64,000 nt of DNA from Cyanophyceae cyanobacterium (lineage in GTDB: Bacteria > Cyanobacteriota > Cyanobacteriia > Cyanobacteriales > JBHJGN01). Of this stretch, positions 62,451-64,000 are shown in pieces. A program made the translations under genes and the position numbers. The stretch is taken from the NCBI GenBank assembly GCA_050331735.1, contig JBHJGN010000044.1, positions 1 to 64,000 of the forward strand. The letters are read 5' to 3'. Each line of letters opens with the position of its first letter. The first letter of the stretch is position 1. The notes below the pieces were generated by a model. It ran no database searches. It was not told where the DNA came from and was given only the letters and a program-made list of their open reading frames with translations.

Positions 62451-64000
62451 ATGCTAGGCAGTGCTGTTGTCATTCTTCTGCTGGGCTTTGTTAGCGGTCA
62501 GCTTGCCCGTCGATTAGGAGCACCTCCCCTGATCGGCATGATTTTAGCCGGGATTGTTATTGGACCGGAGTTAGGACACTTTATTAGTGCAGAATTCTTC
62601 AATCTCGCAGATGACCTGAGAACGATTGCCGTGATGGTCATCCTGATGCGAGCGGGACTGGGACTCGATCGAGACAAGCTAATGCAGCAGGGCAGCGTCG
62701 CTCTGCGTTTGGGGTTTCTACCGGCTACGACAGAGGCCATCGCTGTAGCGGTGGCTGCCACGCTCCTATTTCAGTTTGACTTTCTGACGGGGCTACTGCT
62801 GGGATGTGTTGTCGGGGCAGAGTCTCCGGCGGTAATCGTGCCAGGCATGTTGCGGCTGAAAAGCTTGGGATGGGGCATTGGTAAAGGCATTCCTGACGTG
62901 ATTCTCACAGGCAGCGCTCTATCGGATGTGCTGGTGCTGCTGGTGTTTAGTCTGTTGCTAAACTTCTTGGCAGGAACGGTCGGGGATCAGGCGATCGCTT
63001 TTCTCCCCCTGCAAGTTGGGCTTCAAATTGCCTTGGGGCTTCTCCTTGGCTGTTTCGCTGCCCGACTGCTCGTTTGGCTGGCTCAGTGGCTGCAAAACAC
63101 TGTTCAGGCTACACTTACCGTAGCGGGCATGGCTTTATCTTTAATTCTGCTGGCTCAATCCTTACCTTATTCTGGCTACCTGGCAACGATGGCGCTGGGT
63201 TTTTTTCTGCTTGAATTCGATCCTCCCTTGGCGCGCCAGATGCGCATTGAATTTAATCATCTGTGGGTAGTTGCGGAAATTGTGTTATTTGTCCTGCTGG
63301 GAGCGAGTATTCAGCTAGAGATGTTAGAAAATCTGCTTTTACCAGGGGGACTGATTTTAGCAGTTGGTTTGTTTGTGGGTCGTCCGGTTGGGTGGTATCT
63401 AGCGACGCTTGGAAGTAACTGGACCGGACGAGAACGACTGTTTTTGCTGCCGGGAAATTCGGCTAAAGCCACGGTGCAGGCAGCAATCGGGGCTATTCCT
63501 CTTAGTCGAGGAGTTGAGGGGGGAGAGGTGATTTTGGCGATCGCTGCCCTGTCGATTTTGACAACGGCTCCACTAGGAGCGTGGGCCATTGGGGCTTTTG
63601 CCCCTAAACTCTTAACCCAATCTCCTGTCGATCCGACCAAAGTAACGGTTGACTCTCATACTCTAGTGTTAGCGGCTGTCGATACTTCTCTCCTCGCAAC
63701 TGCCGTGTTGACCAAAGCCGCCGATTTAGCTAGACGCAGTAATGGGGAGGTCATTGTTCTGCATGTTACTAATCATCCGCACACTAGGGAGATTGAGCAG
63801 CTTCGCCAGCATCAGCGCTTGCTTTTGGATATCCGTCATCAATTTATCTTTGTTAATGGTCCCGTTCCAGAAGCCATTGTACAAACTGCCCAGGACTATC
63901 AAGCGACCGACATTGTCATGGGTAAGCGCGGACATCGGTCTTTAGAAGATGTCTTGATTGGTTCTGTATCTCAAAGTGTTATCGAAACTAGTTCAATTCC
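62451..64000 (+). CDS. Cation:proton antiporter (CPA1) with C-terminal universal stress protein domain; partial at window end, missing from ORF track
   Basis: MLGSAVVILLLG...PPLIGMILAG, ILMRAGLGLD, AESPAVIVP, KATVQAAIG; USP LAAVD...DIVMGKRGHR...IGSVS. Confidence 0.9.
   Translation, partial: MLGSAVVILLLGFVSGQLARRLGAPPLIGMILAGIVIGPELGHFISAEFFNLADDLRTIAVMVILMRAGLGLDRDKLMQQGSVALRLGFLPATTEAIAVAVAATLLFQFDFLTGLLLGCVVGAESPAVIVPGMLRLKSLGWGIGKGIPDVILTGSALSDVLVLLVFSLLLNFLAGTVGDQAIAFLPLQVGLQIALGLLLGCFAARLLVWLAQWLQNTVQATLTVAGMALSLILLAQSLPYSGYLATMALGFFLLEFDPPLARQMRIEFNHLWVVAEIVLFVLLGASIQLEMLENLLLPGGLILAVGLFVGRPVGWYLATLGSNWTGRERLFLLPGNSAKATVQAAIGAIPLSRGVEGGEVILAIAALSILTTAPLGAWAIGAFAPKLLTQSPVDPTKVTVDSHTLVLAAVDTSLLATAVLTKAADLARRSNGEVIVLHVTNHPHTREIEQLRQHQRLLLDIRHQFIFVNGPVPEAIVQTAQDYQATDIVMGKRGHRSLEDVLIGSVSQSVIETSSI

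Noticed and set aside
62498..63945. Short ORFs listed in the track in this interval
   Set aside because: They are shadows of the unlisted antiporter-USP CDS starting at 62451.

Overview
Cyanobacterial chromosomal window: the HIP1 octamer GCGATCGC is frequent, and psaM, GUN4, PirA-like and DUF4278 genes are present. About 0.7-40.4 kb is one minus-strand, Wzx/Wzy-type, probably sulfated exopolysaccharide locus. It encodes a priming transferase, Wzc, Wzy, two Wzx flippases, about 9 glycosyltransferases, PssD/PssE, two sulfotransferases, a polysaccharide lyase, acyltransferases, a CDP-sugar module and a GT-C/ArnC-like side-chain module. The rest is mixed accessory and housekeeping DNA: a ptxD remnant, an orphan dndE, a receiver-TrxB/cNMP-kinase pair, ComFB, serS, ddl, ndk, terC, psaM and a cation/H+ antiporter-USP fusion. 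The main discovery is a non-coding element present four times (~461-501, ~6392-6437, ~37656-37704, ~41508-41554), all on the minus strand. Each copy has the same order: promoter-like -10, then a covarying stem capped by a near-invariant AAGA-CAY-loop-GUG-CR core, then a second box (RUGYRUUYRYC) 22-28 nt downstream, then an intrinsic terminator 86-131 nt downstream of the core. Three copies head EPS transcription units. The first convincing gene under the most upstream copy encodes a small Arg-rich-N-terminus Cys/His protein. Together these suggest an undescribed RNA-leader attenuation/antitermination system for cyanobacterial EPS genes. All function calls are from motif recognition only; no database searches were run.
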